Assembly (NCBI GenBank): GCA_965237905.1
Contig: OZ250172.1
Coordinates: 1,152,001 to 1,216,000 of the forward strand
Reading direction: 5' to 3'
From: Nitrospinaceae bacterium
Lineage (GTDB): Bacteria > Nitrospinota > Nitrospinia > Nitrospinales > Nitrospinaceae
DNA length: 64,000 bases
Shown: positions 47,300-57,093 of the stretch, piece after piece
Numbering within the stretch: position 1 is the stretch's first letter
Layout: each line of letters starts with the position of its first letter
Notes under the pieces: model-generated
The model's input: only the letters and a program-made list of their open reading frames with translations
What the model was told of the DNA's origin: nothing
Database searches by the model: none
Program-made: the position numbers and the translations under genes

Positions 47300-48409
47300 A
47301 TGAATATAATTCTTAACAGCTATTGCAACCTGAAATGCAATTATTGCTTCGCCGACGAGTACATGGAAGAAACGGTGAATACGCCGGGCAAATCCATGGA
47401 CTACGATTATTTTACGAAGGAGATGCTTCCAAAGATCCAAACCTCCGGGGGTATCAACTTCATGGGCGGGGAGCCGACGTTGCATCCGCGGTTCAACGAA
47501 ATGTTTACAGCCACGCTGGACGCCATGTCGCCTTACTCCAACCTCGGCCTGTTCACCAACGGCCTGATGAAGGACCACGTGCTGGACCTGCTGGAGCATG
47601 CAGTCAGCGCCCAGGGTAGTGTCCAGCGGCACATCACGTTCTCGGTTCTGCTCAACTGGCAGACAATGGAGAACATCTCTGAAAAAAATCACCAGCGATG
47701 CCACGAAGTGGCGCGCCTCCTCCTCAGAAAAAACGGGTACGGCGTCACCTTCAGCATCAACCTGTATTCGAAGGACCAGGACCTTGAAACCCAGTGCCGG
47801 GAAATCGACGCTATTTACCAGGAGATCGGCCTGCCGCGGGACAAGTCCTATCGCATCCGGGTCAGTCCGGCGTTTCCCATCGTCGGCGAAATCGACAACA
47901 CCTATCTGCCGATCCGCGATTTCCCCAAGGTAGGGCGGCGGATGATCGATCAGCTCAAAAAATATCCGCAGATGGCGTTCCGTTTCGACTGTTCGTTCCC
48001 GCCGTGCTTTCTCGATGAAACCGGCGCGGGCGAGGAGGACCTGGTCACCCGCTTCTATTACCACGGCTACAAACAGGTCCCGGAGTTTTCGGAATGGAAA
48101 ACCCAACAGTTTTATTTTGGGTGCGCCGACGGCAGTCCCATGGATATCGACTCCAAGGGCGATTGCTTCAACTGTTTTCCATTTCACGATTTTAAGCTGG
48201 GGAATATTTCGGAATTCAAGGAAGTGAACCCGATCAGCGAGGCACGGATGGGCTCCCGCTTTTTAACCCACGTGTTCGAAAACACGAAGGCGAAGGAACC
48301 CTGCCTCTCTTGCCCACATTACATGGTGCGGTGTACCAGCGGATGCTTCGCCTACAATTTCGTGGATCAGGAACCCGCCACGCCGGCGGTGGCGGTGGAA
48401 GAGAAATAG
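47300..48409 (+). CDS. Radical SAM protein with SPASM domain
   Basis: CNLKCNYC, MGGEP, TNG. C-terminal GC...GDCFNC...CLSC-x6-CTSGC. Confidence 0.9.
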   Translation: MNIILNSYCNLKCNYCFADEYMEETVNTPGKSMDYDYFTKEMLPKIQTSGGINFMGGEPTLHPRFNEMFTATLDAMSPYSNLGLFTNGLMKDHVLDLLEHAVSAQGSVQRHITFSVLLNWQTMENISEKNHQRCHEVARLLLRKNGYGVTFSINLYSKDQDLETQCREIDAIYQEIGLPRDKSYRIRVSPAFPIVGEIDNTYLPIRDFPKVGRRMIDQLKKYPQMAFRFDCSFPPCFLDETGAGEEDLVTRFYYHGYKQVPEFSEWKTQQFYFGCADGSPMDIDSKGDCFNCFPFHDFKLGNISEFKEVNPISEARMGSRFLTHVFENTKAKEPCLSCPHYMVRCTSGCFAYNFVDQEPATPAVAVEEK

Positions 48410-48411
48410 AT

Positions 48412-48816
48412 TTAAAGCGAAGAACCCGTGAACGCCGTCGCCCGATCGGAACCAAAGTCGTTGGTGATCATAATAAGGTGAAAGCCTTCCTGCGTCTGCA
48501 CCGGGCCAAACACTTCGCCCCGGTTGAGGGTCATATCCTTGACCCCCTCACGGATGATCTGTTCCAGTTCCGCATTCTTTAATACGGGCTCGTATCCCCT
48601 GATGCGGGGATCGTCGGACGACAACTCGATCCACCCCAGGTTGCCGCCGTCCTCTTTGGAAGAACACAGACTGTACTTTTCGGACAGGCGCATCAACATC
48701 TGGACCCGGTTGGTGGCCGATTTGGCTTCGCTGATAGTCCCTTTTAACAATTCCGCGACTTCTTTTTTTTCCACCACAATGTGGCGAACCTGAATCTGAT
48801 GAGAAAAACCTACCAT
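48412..48816 (-). CDS. Parvulin (PpiC)-type peptidyl-prolyl isomerase
   Basis: VRHIVV, KYSLCSS, GGNLGW, GPVQTQEGFHLI. ATG at 48816. Confidence 0.82.
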   Translation of the reverse strand: MVGFSHQIQVRHIVVEKKEVAELLKGTISEAKSATNRVQMLMRLSEKYSLCSSKEDGGNLGWIELSSDDPRIRGYEPVLKNAELEQIIREGVKDMTLNRGEVFGPVQTQEGFHLIMITNDFGSDRATAFTGSSL

Positions 48817-48928
48817 GTAGACCCTCGTTAAAATCAGAGGCTCCCGAAACGCGGGAACCGCCAATGGTTGTTTGCAGTTTGAATGCTGGTTAGTCTAAAT
48901 TATTTCTTTTTAAATATCCAGACACCTT

Positions 48929-49537
48929 ATGCCCCTATCCTCAAAAAAATTGATCCTGGCTTCCCGCTCGCCCCGCCGGTCGGAATTACTGCAGTCGCTG
49001 GGCCTGGAGTTCGAAGTGAGCCCTTCCCAAGTGGAGGAAACCACCGATCCAGAGCAATCTCCGGAGCAAAATGCCACGAATATTGCCCGCGACAAGGCCC
49101 ATTGGGTGGCCCGGCACAATCCCGGCCGTTATGTGCTGGGAGCGGACACCATGGTGGTGCTGGACCGGGAAATCATCGGCCAACCCGCTGATGAGGAAGA
49201 CGCCTGCCGGATTCTTTCAAAACTGGCGGGGAAACAGCACCGGGTCATCACCGGCGTTGTGTTGATCACTCCGGAGGCCGAAGAACATGAAACCGCTGTG
49301 GTCTCGACGGTCACCCTCAAATCCGTTTCCGAAAACGAAATCCGATCCTATATCGCGACGGGAGAACCTCTCGATAAAGCAGGAGCGTATGCTATTCAAG
49401 GACAAGGTTCCTTCCTGGTCGAATCCTGGGAGGGATCCTGGACCAACATCGTCGGTCTTCCTCTGGAAGCGCTTACCGATCTTTTTCAACAAGCCGGGTT
49501 CCCGGTCCCCAAAGAAAGCGAAGGCAACCGAAAATAA
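48929..49537 (+). CDS. maf: Maf/YhdE nucleoside triphosphate pyrophosphatase
   Basis: ILASRSPRR, GADT, DKAGAYAIQG, NIVGLP. Confidence 0.94.
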   Translation: MPLSSKKLILASRSPRRSELLQSLGLEFEVSPSQVEETTDPEQSPEQNATNIARDKAHWVARHNPGRYVLGADTMVVLDREIIGQPADEEDACRILSKLAGKQHRVITGVVLITPEAEEHETAVVSTVTLKSVSENEIRSYIATGEPLDKAGAYAIQGQGSFLVESWEGSWTNIVGLPLEALTDLFQQAGFPVPKESEGNRK

Positions 49538-49614
49538 CTCCGCAGGTTGCAACTTTCTCGAAAACCCGAAACTCAGTAAAACTTTTCCCTTTTGTTTATG
49601 GTCTGTTTGCAGGA

Positions 49615-49639
49615 TTTCTTGAGCTTGATACTCAAGAAA
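49615..49639. promoter_or_regulatory. Perfect 9-bp inverted repeat, candidate operator
   Basis: TTTCTTGAG-N7-CTCAAGAAA in AT-rich intergenic DNA upstream of 49775. Confidence 0.4.
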
Positions 49640-49774
49640 ATGCTTGACAAATTGAGGCTTGCTCGAACTTGAAAATGCCAAAAAACTCAATTTTTACTTG
49701 CACCCTTCCGATTTTTATTCATACTAGGACTATCTAGACTTAATGAGAACTTTTTGTGACGATACGGCGGAAAC

Positions 49775-49999
49775 ATGACTGCAGTAGGAAGTACAATCGA
49801 AATTCAGGGGCTATGCAACCAGTGCAGTGCACCCGTTTTCCTGAATCACTGTACCGATTGGTACGGTAATTCCGTCGTCTCGTTGAATTGCTGGAACGGA
49901 CATTACAAGTGGATTGACTTTGAAAATATCGAAAAGGATCTCCACGTAGATCCCGAGACCCAACTGGTCACCTATATCGGATTTCTCGATGCTCCATGA
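49775..49999 (+). CDS. Small putative zinc-ribbon protein
   Basis: CNQC...CWNGH; the stop overlaps the next gene's ATG (ATGA). Confidence 0.65.
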   Translation: MTAVGSTIEIQGLCNQCSAPVFLNHCTDWYGNSVVSLNCWNGHYKWIDFENIEKDLHVDPETQLVTYIGFLDAP

Positions 50000-50802
50000 T
50001 TTTCCATCCTGAACCCTCCACCTTAAAAAAAATTCAAATTCGAACACTGTTGGTGTCGCTTGTTTTGTTGACGACATGGGTTTCTTCCGCGTGGGCGGTG
50101 CCCAAGACCCCTCCGGGGATGGTTTACGTTCCCGAAGGTTATTTTCAAATGGGTCAATCGTCCAGCGAAGCCGAAGACCAGAAACCGATGCACTTTGTTT
50201 ACACCTCAGCGTATTTCATCGATAAATACGAAGTCAGCAACGCCGAATATAAAAATTTTCTCGACGCCACGGGACACGTCAAACCCAAGTACTGGGAGGA
50301 CGAACAGTTCAACCAACCCAATCAGCCGGTGGTCGGCGTCAGTTGGTTCGATGCCATGGCCTATTCGCGCTGGAAAGGCTGCCGCCTGCCCACCGAAGCG
50401 GAATGGGAAAAAGCCGCACGGGGCAAGGACGGGCGCCTCTACCCCTGGGGAGAAAAATGGGCCAAAGGGAAGAAACTCTATTTCGTCAATGTGTTTGGAG
50501 TGGAAGATCGATATGAATTTACCGCACCCGTCAATTATTACGCCACCGGCGCCAGTCCCTTCGGAGCACTCAATATGGCCGGCAACGTCTGGGAATGGTG
50601 CCTCGACTGGTACGACAAGGATTACTACCGCATCAGCCCGGAACTGGATCCCGAAGGCCCCGAAGCCAAACAGATGAAAGTCCTGCGCGGGGGTTCTTGG
50701 GTCAATGATATCGACGGCGTTCAGGTCACCCAACGGACCCGCAATTTACCGGACATGCAAAACAACATTTACGGCTTCCGAACCGTTTTGCCCCTTCGTT
50801 AG
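49996..50802 (+). CDS. FGE-sulfatase (SUMF1/CLec) domain exported protein
   Basis: F.MG, PVVGVSWFDA, RLPTEAEWEKAARG, MAGNVWEW, RGGSW, GFR. Confidence 0.92.
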   Translation: MIFHPEPSTLKKIQIRTLLVSLVLLTTWVSSAWAVPKTPPGMVYVPEGYFQMGQSSSEAEDQKPMHFVYTSAYFIDKYEVSNAEYKNFLDATGHVKPKYWEDEQFNQPNQPVVGVSWFDAMAYSRWKGCRLPTEAEWEKAARGKDGRLYPWGEKWAKGKKLYFVNVFGVEDRYEFTAPVNYYATGASPFGALNMAGNVWEWCLDWYDKDYYRISPELDPEGPEAKQMKVLRGGSWVNDIDGVQVTQRTRNLPDMQNNIYGFRTVLPLR

Positions 50803-50931
50803 CAATCCGCTTCCCCATCCCTGTTTGTCAAAACGGTTGACATTCCCCCGCCCAAGGCTTTATGTTATGCTCCAAAAGAAAACATTTCGCTAACCATTTT
50901 CCCAACAGCACTGAACCACAAGGATGAAAGC

Positions 50932-51957
50932 ATGAAGCGTTCGAGCAATCTTAGGCCTTTGATTTTTTTATCATTATCGTTATTTTGCGTTGCCGGTATG
51001 GCCTCACACGTGTGGGCTCATAGTGGGCACGACCACGCGGTAGAACCATCCATCTCTCTGCCTGACGTACTCGCCAAGGTAAATGGAACCGACATAAAAA
51101 AATCATCGATCTGGCCCAGCCTCACCCGGACCGTGAAACAGTACAAGGACCGGGGTATTCCTCTGACGCAGGCACAGGAAAAAGTGGCTACCAAAAAACT
51201 GCTTCAGGACCAGATCAACCGCCATCTGCTCCTTAAAAAAGCCGACACCATGGGAATCCATGTCTCTTCCGGAAAAGTCGATGAAGAAGTGAATACGGTA
51301 AAAAAACAGTTCTCATCCGAAAAAGAATTTCTCAAACAACTGGAACTTAAAAAACTGACTCTCAAGCAATACCAGCAGGAACTCAAGGAGGACATCCTGA
51401 TCGACGCGGTATTCCGCAGGGAATTGGGTGAAAGAATCAAAATTACTGATAAGCAGATTGAAGATTACTTCAAAAAAAATCCACTGCAGTTTTCGAGTGA
51501 GGAACAACGTCGGGCCAGCGTTATTCTGATCAAGGTCGATCCCAAAGCCGGATCGATAGGAGATCGAAAAGCCCGCCAGGAACTGCAAAAAATCGTGGGG
51601 AAATTAAAAAAGGGCGGCGACTTCGCGGAGCTGGCCCGAATGCATTCCCAGGATTCTCTCGCGAGACGCGGAGGGGATTTGGGTTTCTTCACGAAAGACC
51701 GGATGTTCGGGCCTTTCAGCAAACTGGCATTCAAGCTCGAGGTGGGCAAAGTCAGCGAAATCTTCCGCACCCAACACGGTTATCAGATTTTGAAGGTAAC
51801 AGGAAAAAAAGCGGGAAAAAAAGCGGGAAAAAAAGGAACTCTGGCAAGCGAAAGGGGAAATATCCGGAAGTTGCTGATGGACCGGGAAATTAAAACGAAA
51901 AGCCATCCTTATCTGGAAGCGTTGCGAAAGAAAGCCAGTATCAAAATTTACTTTTAG
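50932..51957 (+). CDS. SurA/PrsA-like periplasmic parvulin PPIase chaperone
   Basis: Signal peptide, AKVNG, FAELARMHS, GGDLGFF, T.HGYQILKV. Confidence 0.88.
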   Translation: MKRSSNLRPLIFLSLSLFCVAGMASHVWAHSGHDHAVEPSISLPDVLAKVNGTDIKKSSIWPSLTRTVKQYKDRGIPLTQAQEKVATKKLLQDQINRHLLLKKADTMGIHVSSGKVDEEVNTVKKQFSSEKEFLKQLELKKLTLKQYQQELKEDILIDAVFRRELGERIKITDKQIEDYFKKNPLQFSSEEQRRASVILIKVDPKAGSIGDRKARQELQKIVGKLKKGGDFAELARMHSQDSLARRGGDLGFFTKDRMFGPFSKLAFKLEVGKVSEIFRTQHGYQILKVTGKKAGKKAGKKGTLASERGNIRKLLMDREIKTKSHPYLEALRKKASIKIYF

Positions 51958-52062
51958 TAAACCGGATCAGGTCCACCGGAACAACCACGCTACCCTCAAC
52001 GCCCGTCCACAAAAAAATGAACATCGTGCCTTGTTGCCGGTTCACCGCAGGGGCAGACCTGA

Positions 52063-52248
52063 TTATTTTTTGGTTTTCTTGCCTTTGTCTTTACCGGCCC
52101 CGACTTCGTTCAGTTTGCGCTTGACGATTTTTCCCTTGTCCCGCTCAAAGTCCACCTTCAAATGCACGGAATTGGGGAACAGTTTGGCCACCACACCCTC
52201 TTTCTTCTTCCCGGCAAAATCAAATTTAATGGTATCTCCTACCTTCAT
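52063..52248 (-). CDS. Small basic protein (KOW/SH3-like)
   Basis: MKVGDTIKF...EGVV.K; GGAGG RBS. Confidence 0.65.
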   Translation of the reverse strand: MKVGDTIKFDFAGKKKEGVVAKLFPNSVHLKVDFERDKGKIVKRKLNEVGAGKDKGKKTKK

Positions 52249-52373
52249 GGTACGCACCTCCACAGAATTGTCGACCGATCGATAAAGAAATCCCCATGGA
52301 ATACCGGCACGAGGATATATTGAAAAACAAGAAGGTTATTAGAATCGCCCTCTCCTGTCAATCCTTTCTTGAG

Positions 52374-52492
52374 CTCCTATCCGGCCAGCGTGACGCTGGA
52401 CCCAGTTTGCCATAGGTGGAGTGATGTAATATGCGCCCAGTGACATTCTTTTGGGGATAACGGTCAGCCAGTTCCCCCTCCGGGTAGGAGTC
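52374..52492 (-). repeat. MITE-like repeat copy with terminal inverted repeats
   Basis: Ends CTCCTATCCGG (52374-52384) and CCGGGTAGGAG (52480-52490). The reverse complement of 52429-52492 aligns with 13793-13856 and 58144-58207. Confidence 0.7.
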
Positions 52493-52523
52493 TGGTACAA
52501 TCCGGCTGAAAGGTGGATTCTCC

Positions 52524-55034
52524 ATGACAACCGCGACCCAGCAGAACTCCTTACCCTCAGAAAGTCCACAATCAGCGACGGCCTATGCCCAAGTGGTGTT
52601 CAACCTTCCCCTGAAAGAAGAGTTCACCTACGGCATTCCAGAGCACCTTCAGGGGCAGGTCTGCGTGGGAACGCGCGTACTCGCCCCCTTCGGTCCCCGC
52701 AAAATCACCGGCTACGTGGTGGGCCTGACGGGTCACTGCGAAGGGGATTTCGAAATCAAATTCATCCAGGACCTGCCCGATGGAGCACCTGTTATTTCGG
52801 AAGAATTGTTGTCGCTGACCCGGTGGGTGGCGGATTATTACAACGCGGGCTGGGGCGAGGTGATCAAAGCCGCGCTTCCCGGCGGCATCGATGAAGATCA
52901 CCACGAAATCTTTTTTCTTACGGATACCGGAGAGGCCGCTCTTCAGAAACATGCTCTTCCCCAAAACGCGCTTAAGATTCTGCTGGCTCTCCAGAGCAAA
53001 ACCTCGCTCAATAAAAAACAGATTCAAAAAATCCTGCGCAAACAGTTCAGCGCCTATGCCCTGGCGCAGTTGGTCCGGGAAGACTATGTGTCCTCGCAGG
53101 TGAAGATCAAACAGAAATCCGTCGCTTACACCAATGATAAAAAGGCCTGCCTCACGCTCGACAACCACACCCCGGACGAGTTGGAAAAACTTCTCAAACG
53201 CAGTCCCAAACAACGCGAGCTTTTTAAATTGCTGACGGGAAAAGAGATTCTCCTTTCGGACCTGGCCAAAACGCTTCCCGGATACTCAGCACCACTCCGC
53301 GAACTGAAACGCAAGGGACTGGCCAAAACCTTTTCCGTCAAACAGGAACGCACTGCGGAAGACCTCGAAACGGATCCCGAATGGAACCCGGAAGCGCCGC
53401 AGATATTTACCGAGGAACAGCAATCGGTATTCAAACAACTGGTCCAATCCATTATCGCTTCCGAGTTCAAAACGTTTCTTCTGCACGGGGTGACGGGGAG
53501 CGGCAAAACAGAAGTCTACATGCGCGCCATCCAGCAGGCTTTGGATGCGGGAAAAACGTCGATCATGCTGGTTCCGGAAATTTCCCTGACGCCGCAAACC
53601 GTGAACCGCTTTCAACGGCGGTTCGGGTCGAATGTCGCCATTCTGCACAGCGGACTCACCAACATCGAGCGTTACCTGGAATGGGAAAAAATAAGGGAGG
53701 AACAGGTCTCCATTGTCGTCGGGGCGCGGTCGGCGGTGTTCGCGCCGTTCAAAAACCTGGGCGTCCTCATCATTGACGAAGAGCACGATACCTCCTACAA
53801 ACAAGATAGTGTCCCTCGCTACCACGCCCGCGAAACAGCCATCGCACGGGCTCAGGCTTGCGGTGCTGTGGTGATCCTCGGCTCTGCCACACCTTCTCTG
53901 GAATCGCGCCAGAAAACCGCCAACGGGGAATACCAGTACCTGACTCTGGCGGAACGCATCGGCGACCGTCTGCTTCCCGTGATCCGTATTGTCGATATGA
54001 GAAAAGAACGCGATGAAGCCAAGAACTATTCGATCTTTTCAATTCCACTGAAGCAGGCGATGATGGACCGTCTCGAACAAAAGGAGCAGATGTTCCTGTT
54101 TCTCAACCGGCGCGGCACCGCGAATTATGTGGTGTGCCGGAAATGTGGGTTCGTGTTCGAATGCCTTCGGTGCAGTGTGTCACTCACCTTTCACGGCAAT
54201 TCCAAAACCCTGCGCTGTCATTATTGCGATTTCAGCGCTCCCATGCCCGGCAAATGCACCGAATGCAGTGGCGAAATCATTCGCTTCAGCGGATTCGGCA
54301 CGCAAAAGCTGGAGGAGGAAACGCGAGCCCTCTTTCCGCAGGCGCGTATCAAGCGCATGGACCGCGACACCATGAAGACCCGTGGTTCCTTCGAGAACAT
54401 CTACAACGAAATGCGCGCCAGGGAGATCGACATTCTGATCGGCACGCAGATGATTACCAAGGGCCATCATTTCCCCAACGTGACACTGGTGGGTGTCGTT
54501 TATGCGGATTTGTCTTTGCACATTCCGGATTTCCGTTCCAGCGAACGCACGTTTCAGTTGCTGACGCAGGTGGCGGGCCGGGCCGGTCGCGGCAAAGTGC
54601 CGGGAACGGTCATCATTCAGGCGCACAACCCGGACCACTACGTGTTTGACTATGTGCCGCAACACGATTACAACGGATTTTTCGAAAAGGAACTGGGACT
54701 GCGCGGAAAGTTGAACTATCCGCCGTTCACGCAACTGGTGGCTTTGGAAATCGAAAGCGAAACCGAGGTTGAAGGGGAAGCGGCGGTCAACCACCTCAAA
54801 CAGTTTTTGTCGGAACCCGTCCGGCAATCGCCGGGAGTTGAATTATTGGGACCCTCCCGCGCCGCGATGTACCGCATCAACAACCGCTTCCGCTGGCACC
54901 TGATTCTGCGCTCGCAAGAAACGGCGCCTTTGCAATCGCTCGTCACCCAATGCCTCGCCAACCAGCAACTCAGAAAACTCACCACCGGAAAAGTCAAAAT
55001 CACTGTCGACGTCGACCCGATGAATCTGCTTTAG
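52524..55034 (+). CDS. priA: Primosomal protein N'
   Basis: GVTGSGKT, VPEISLTPQ, DEEH, four CxxC zinc motifs, GTQMITKG, QVAGRAGR, DVDP. Confidence 0.97.
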   Translation: MTTATQQNSLPSESPQSATAYAQVVFNLPLKEEFTYGIPEHLQGQVCVGTRVLAPFGPRKITGYVVGLTGHCEGDFEIKFIQDLPDGAPVISEELLSLTRWVADYYNAGWGEVIKAALPGGIDEDHHEIFFLTDTGEAALQKHALPQNALKILLALQSKTSLNKKQIQKILRKQFSAYALAQLVREDYVSSQVKIKQKSVAYTNDKKACLTLDNHTPDELEKLLKRSPKQRELFKLLTGKEILLSDLAKTLPGYSAPLRELKRKGLAKTFSVKQERTAEDLETDPEWNPEAPQIFTEEQQSVFKQLVQSIIASEFKTFLLHGVTGSGKTEVYMRAIQQALDAGKTSIMLVPEISLTPQTVNRFQRRFGSNVAILHSGLTNIERYLEWEKIREEQVSIVVGARSAVFAPFKNLGVLIIDEEHDTSYKQDSVPRYHARETAIARAQACGAVVILGSATPSLESRQKTANGEYQYLTLAERIGDRLLPVIRIVDMRKERDEAKNYSIFSIPLKQAMMDRLEQKEQMFLFLNRRGTANYVVCRKCGFVFECLRCSVSLTFHGNSKTLRCHYCDFSAPMPGKCTECSGEIIRFSGFGTQKLEEETRALFPQARIKRMDRDTMKTRGSFENIYNEMRAREIDILIGTQMITKGHHFPNVTLVGVVYADLSLHIPDFRSSERTFQLLTQVAGRAGRGKVPGTVIIQAHNPDHYVFDYVPQHDYNGFFEKELGLRGKLNYPPFTQLVALEIESETEVEGEAAVNHLKQFLSEPVRQSPGVELLGPSRAAMYRINNRFRWHLILRSQETAPLQSLVTQCLANQQLRKLTTGKVKITVDVDPMNLL

Positions 55035-55094
55035 CGTTCCTTCCCGCCATGCTACCCTGTTAAACTATTTTAATGATGACGTGAAAGGACGCTC

Positions 55095-55682
55095 ATGCGA
55101 TTGCTCCGGAAAACTTACGACTGGATTCTACACTGGTCCGCCACCAAACATGCGCTTCCTGCGCTGGCGATTCTGTCGTTCGCCGAATCCTCTTTCTTTC
55201 CCATTCCGCCCGATGTTTTACTGATCGCTATGGCGGTAGCGGTTCCGCTGAAAGCGTTCCGGTTCGCGGCGGTCTGCTCGGTCGCCTCGGTGCTGGGGGG
55301 TATGTTCGGCTATTTATTGGGATGGCAGTTCATGGACCTGATCGGCATCCGCATCGTCGAGTTCTATCATTTGCAGGCGCAGTGGGATAAAATAGGCAGT
55401 TGGTACGAGGAATACAATGCCTGGGCGGTGGGCGCGGCCGGGTTCACCCCGTTGCCGTATAAAGTGTTCACCCTGGCGGCGGGGGCGTTCCAGATCAATT
55501 TTCCGGTCTTCGTGCTGGCCTCGCTGGTCAGTCGGTCGGCGCGGTTTTTCATCGTCGCCTGGTTGATCTACAAATTCGGCGCGCCCATTAAAATTTTTAT
55601 CGAAAAATATTTCAACATTCTCAGTATTGTTTTCATCGTGCTCTTGTTTGCGGGGTTTGTTCTGGTGAAATACATTTTTTGA
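55095..55682 (+). CDS. YqaA/DedA (VTT domain) membrane protein
   Basis: ESSFFPIPPDVLL, FTPLPYKVF, SRSARFF. Confidence 0.9.
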   Translation: MRLLRKTYDWILHWSATKHALPALAILSFAESSFFPIPPDVLLIAMAVAVPLKAFRFAAVCSVASVLGGMFGYLLGWQFMDLIGIRIVEFYHLQAQWDKIGSWYEEYNAWAVGAAGFTPLPYKVFTLAAGAFQINFPVFVLASLVSRSARFFIVAWLIYKFGAPIKIFIEKYFNILSIVFIVLLFAGFVLVKYIF

Positions 55683-55694
55683 TCCCGGAGCTTT

Positions 55695-56018
55695 ATGGAT
55701 TCGCATATCGTTGTCTACATCACCGCTTCTTCGCAGGAAGAAGCCGACACCTTGAGCCGTGGATTGGTCGAGGCTAAGCTGGCGTTCTGCGTCAACAGCG
55801 TGCCGTCGGTGAAGTCGACCTACTACTGGGAAAACCAGTTGTGCATCGACGACGAATTTTTGTTGATTGTAAAAACCCGCGCCGACCGGTTCGATGAACT
55901 GGAGCAATGGGTGGTCGAACATCACAGCTACGACGTTCCGGAAGTGATCGCCCTGCCCATCGTGAAAGGTTCCAAACCGTACCTGAAAGGCATCGACGAC
56001 TGGGTACCGGAAAAATAA
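55695..56018 (+). CDS. cutA: Divalent cation tolerance protein CutA
   Basis: LAFCVN, STYYW, HSYDVPEVI. Confidence 0.93.
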   Translation: MDSHIVVYITASSQEEADTLSRGLVEAKLAFCVNSVPSVKSTYYWENQLCIDDEFLLIVKTRADRFDELEQWVVEHHSYDVPEVIALPIVKGSKPYLKGIDDWVPEK

Positions 56019-56035
56019 TTGACCATAATTTAATT

Positions 56036-56066
56036 AACCACAGATGAACACCGATAAACACAGATG
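56036..56066 (+). repeat. AACCACAGATGAACACCGATAAACACAGATG repeat, copy 2
   Basis: Internal 10-nt periodicity; matches the reverse complement of 13166-13186. Confidence 0.6.
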
Positions 56067-56111
56067 AAAACTATCTACTCCTCCTTCGACACTTGATAAA
56101 GATTTTTAACC

Positions 56112-57089
56112 ATGACTCATCACATCAAAATTCCAAAAGGTTGGGAGATGCCGGAGGAGGAGCTCACGCCGGAGTCGATCTTCATGAATCGGCGCGAGGT
56201 GTTGCAGGCGATGGGCTGGGTCGGTGCGCTGTCCGCCAGTCTCCTGTACGGATGCGCTCCGGGGTCCACGGAAGTCACCAATGCCCATCCGGAGAAGAAC
56301 CTTACCCCGCTCGAGAAAAAATTGTACCCGGCCTCTCGCGTGACCCGTTACAAGATGGACCGCCGGATCACCGAAGAAGCGGTGGCGGCCAGCTACAATA
56401 ATTATTACGAGTTCAGCGAGGTTAAGGAAGACGTGAACCACCATGCGCAGAAACTGAAAACCCGGCCGTGGCAGGTGGAGGTGACAGGACTGGTCGAGAA
56501 ACCGAAAACTTACGACCTGGACGACCTGCTCAAAAAGTTTCATCTGGAAGAACGGTTTTACCGGCTTCGGTGCGTGGAGGCGTGGGCGATGGCGGTGCCG
56601 TGGACGGGATTCCCGCTGAAAGCGCTTCTCGATGATGTCAAACCGCTGGCGAAGGCCAAGTACGTGCGCCTGGTGTCGTTTCACGAACCGTTCACCGCGC
56701 AGGGGCAGATCGCGTTCTGGCAACCGTGGCCCTATTCTGAGGCGCTCACGGTGAAAGAGGCGATGAACGAACTGACTCTGCTGACAACAGGAGTTTACGG
56801 TCACCCGCTACCCAAACAGCACGGCGCGCCGGTGCGGCTGGTGGTGCCATGGAAGTATGGCTTCAAAAGCATCAAGGCCATTCAGCGCATCGAGTTGATC
56901 GACCATAAACCGCAAACTTTCTGGAACACGTTACAACCGCACGAATACGGATTCACCGCCAACGTCGATCCCGGCGTGCCGCATCCCCGCTGGCCGCAGA
57001 CCAAAGAGGAAATGATCGGCACCAAAGAAATCCGCCTCACCCAACTCTACAACGGCTACGGCGACTTCGTCGGTGATCTTTATTCCTGA
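56112..57089 (+). CDS. msrP: Protein-methionine-sulfoxide reductase catalytic subunit MsrP
   Basis: Tat motif NRREVL, YNNYYEF, RCVEAW, GAPVRLVVPWKYGFKSIK, HPRW, NGYG. Confidence 0.95.
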   Translation: MTHHIKIPKGWEMPEEELTPESIFMNRREVLQAMGWVGALSASLLYGCAPGSTEVTNAHPEKNLTPLEKKLYPASRVTRYKMDRRITEEAVAASYNNYYEFSEVKEDVNHHAQKLKTRPWQVEVTGLVEKPKTYDLDDLLKKFHLEERFYRLRCVEAWAMAVPWTGFPLKALLDDVKPLAKAKYVRLVSFHEPFTAQGQIAFWQPWPYSEALTVKEAMNELTLLTTGVYGHPLPKQHGAPVRLVVPWKYGFKSIKAIQRIELIDHKPQTFWNTLQPHEYGFTANVDPGVPHPRWPQTKEEMIGTKEIRLTQLYNGYGDFVGDLYS

Positions 57090-57093
57090 AAAT

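Noticed and set aside
52340..52520. SRP (4.5S) or 6S RNA suggested by the long closing stem
   Set aside because: The SRP helix-8 GGAA/GCAG motif is not seen, and the sequence is explained by the dispersed repeat family.
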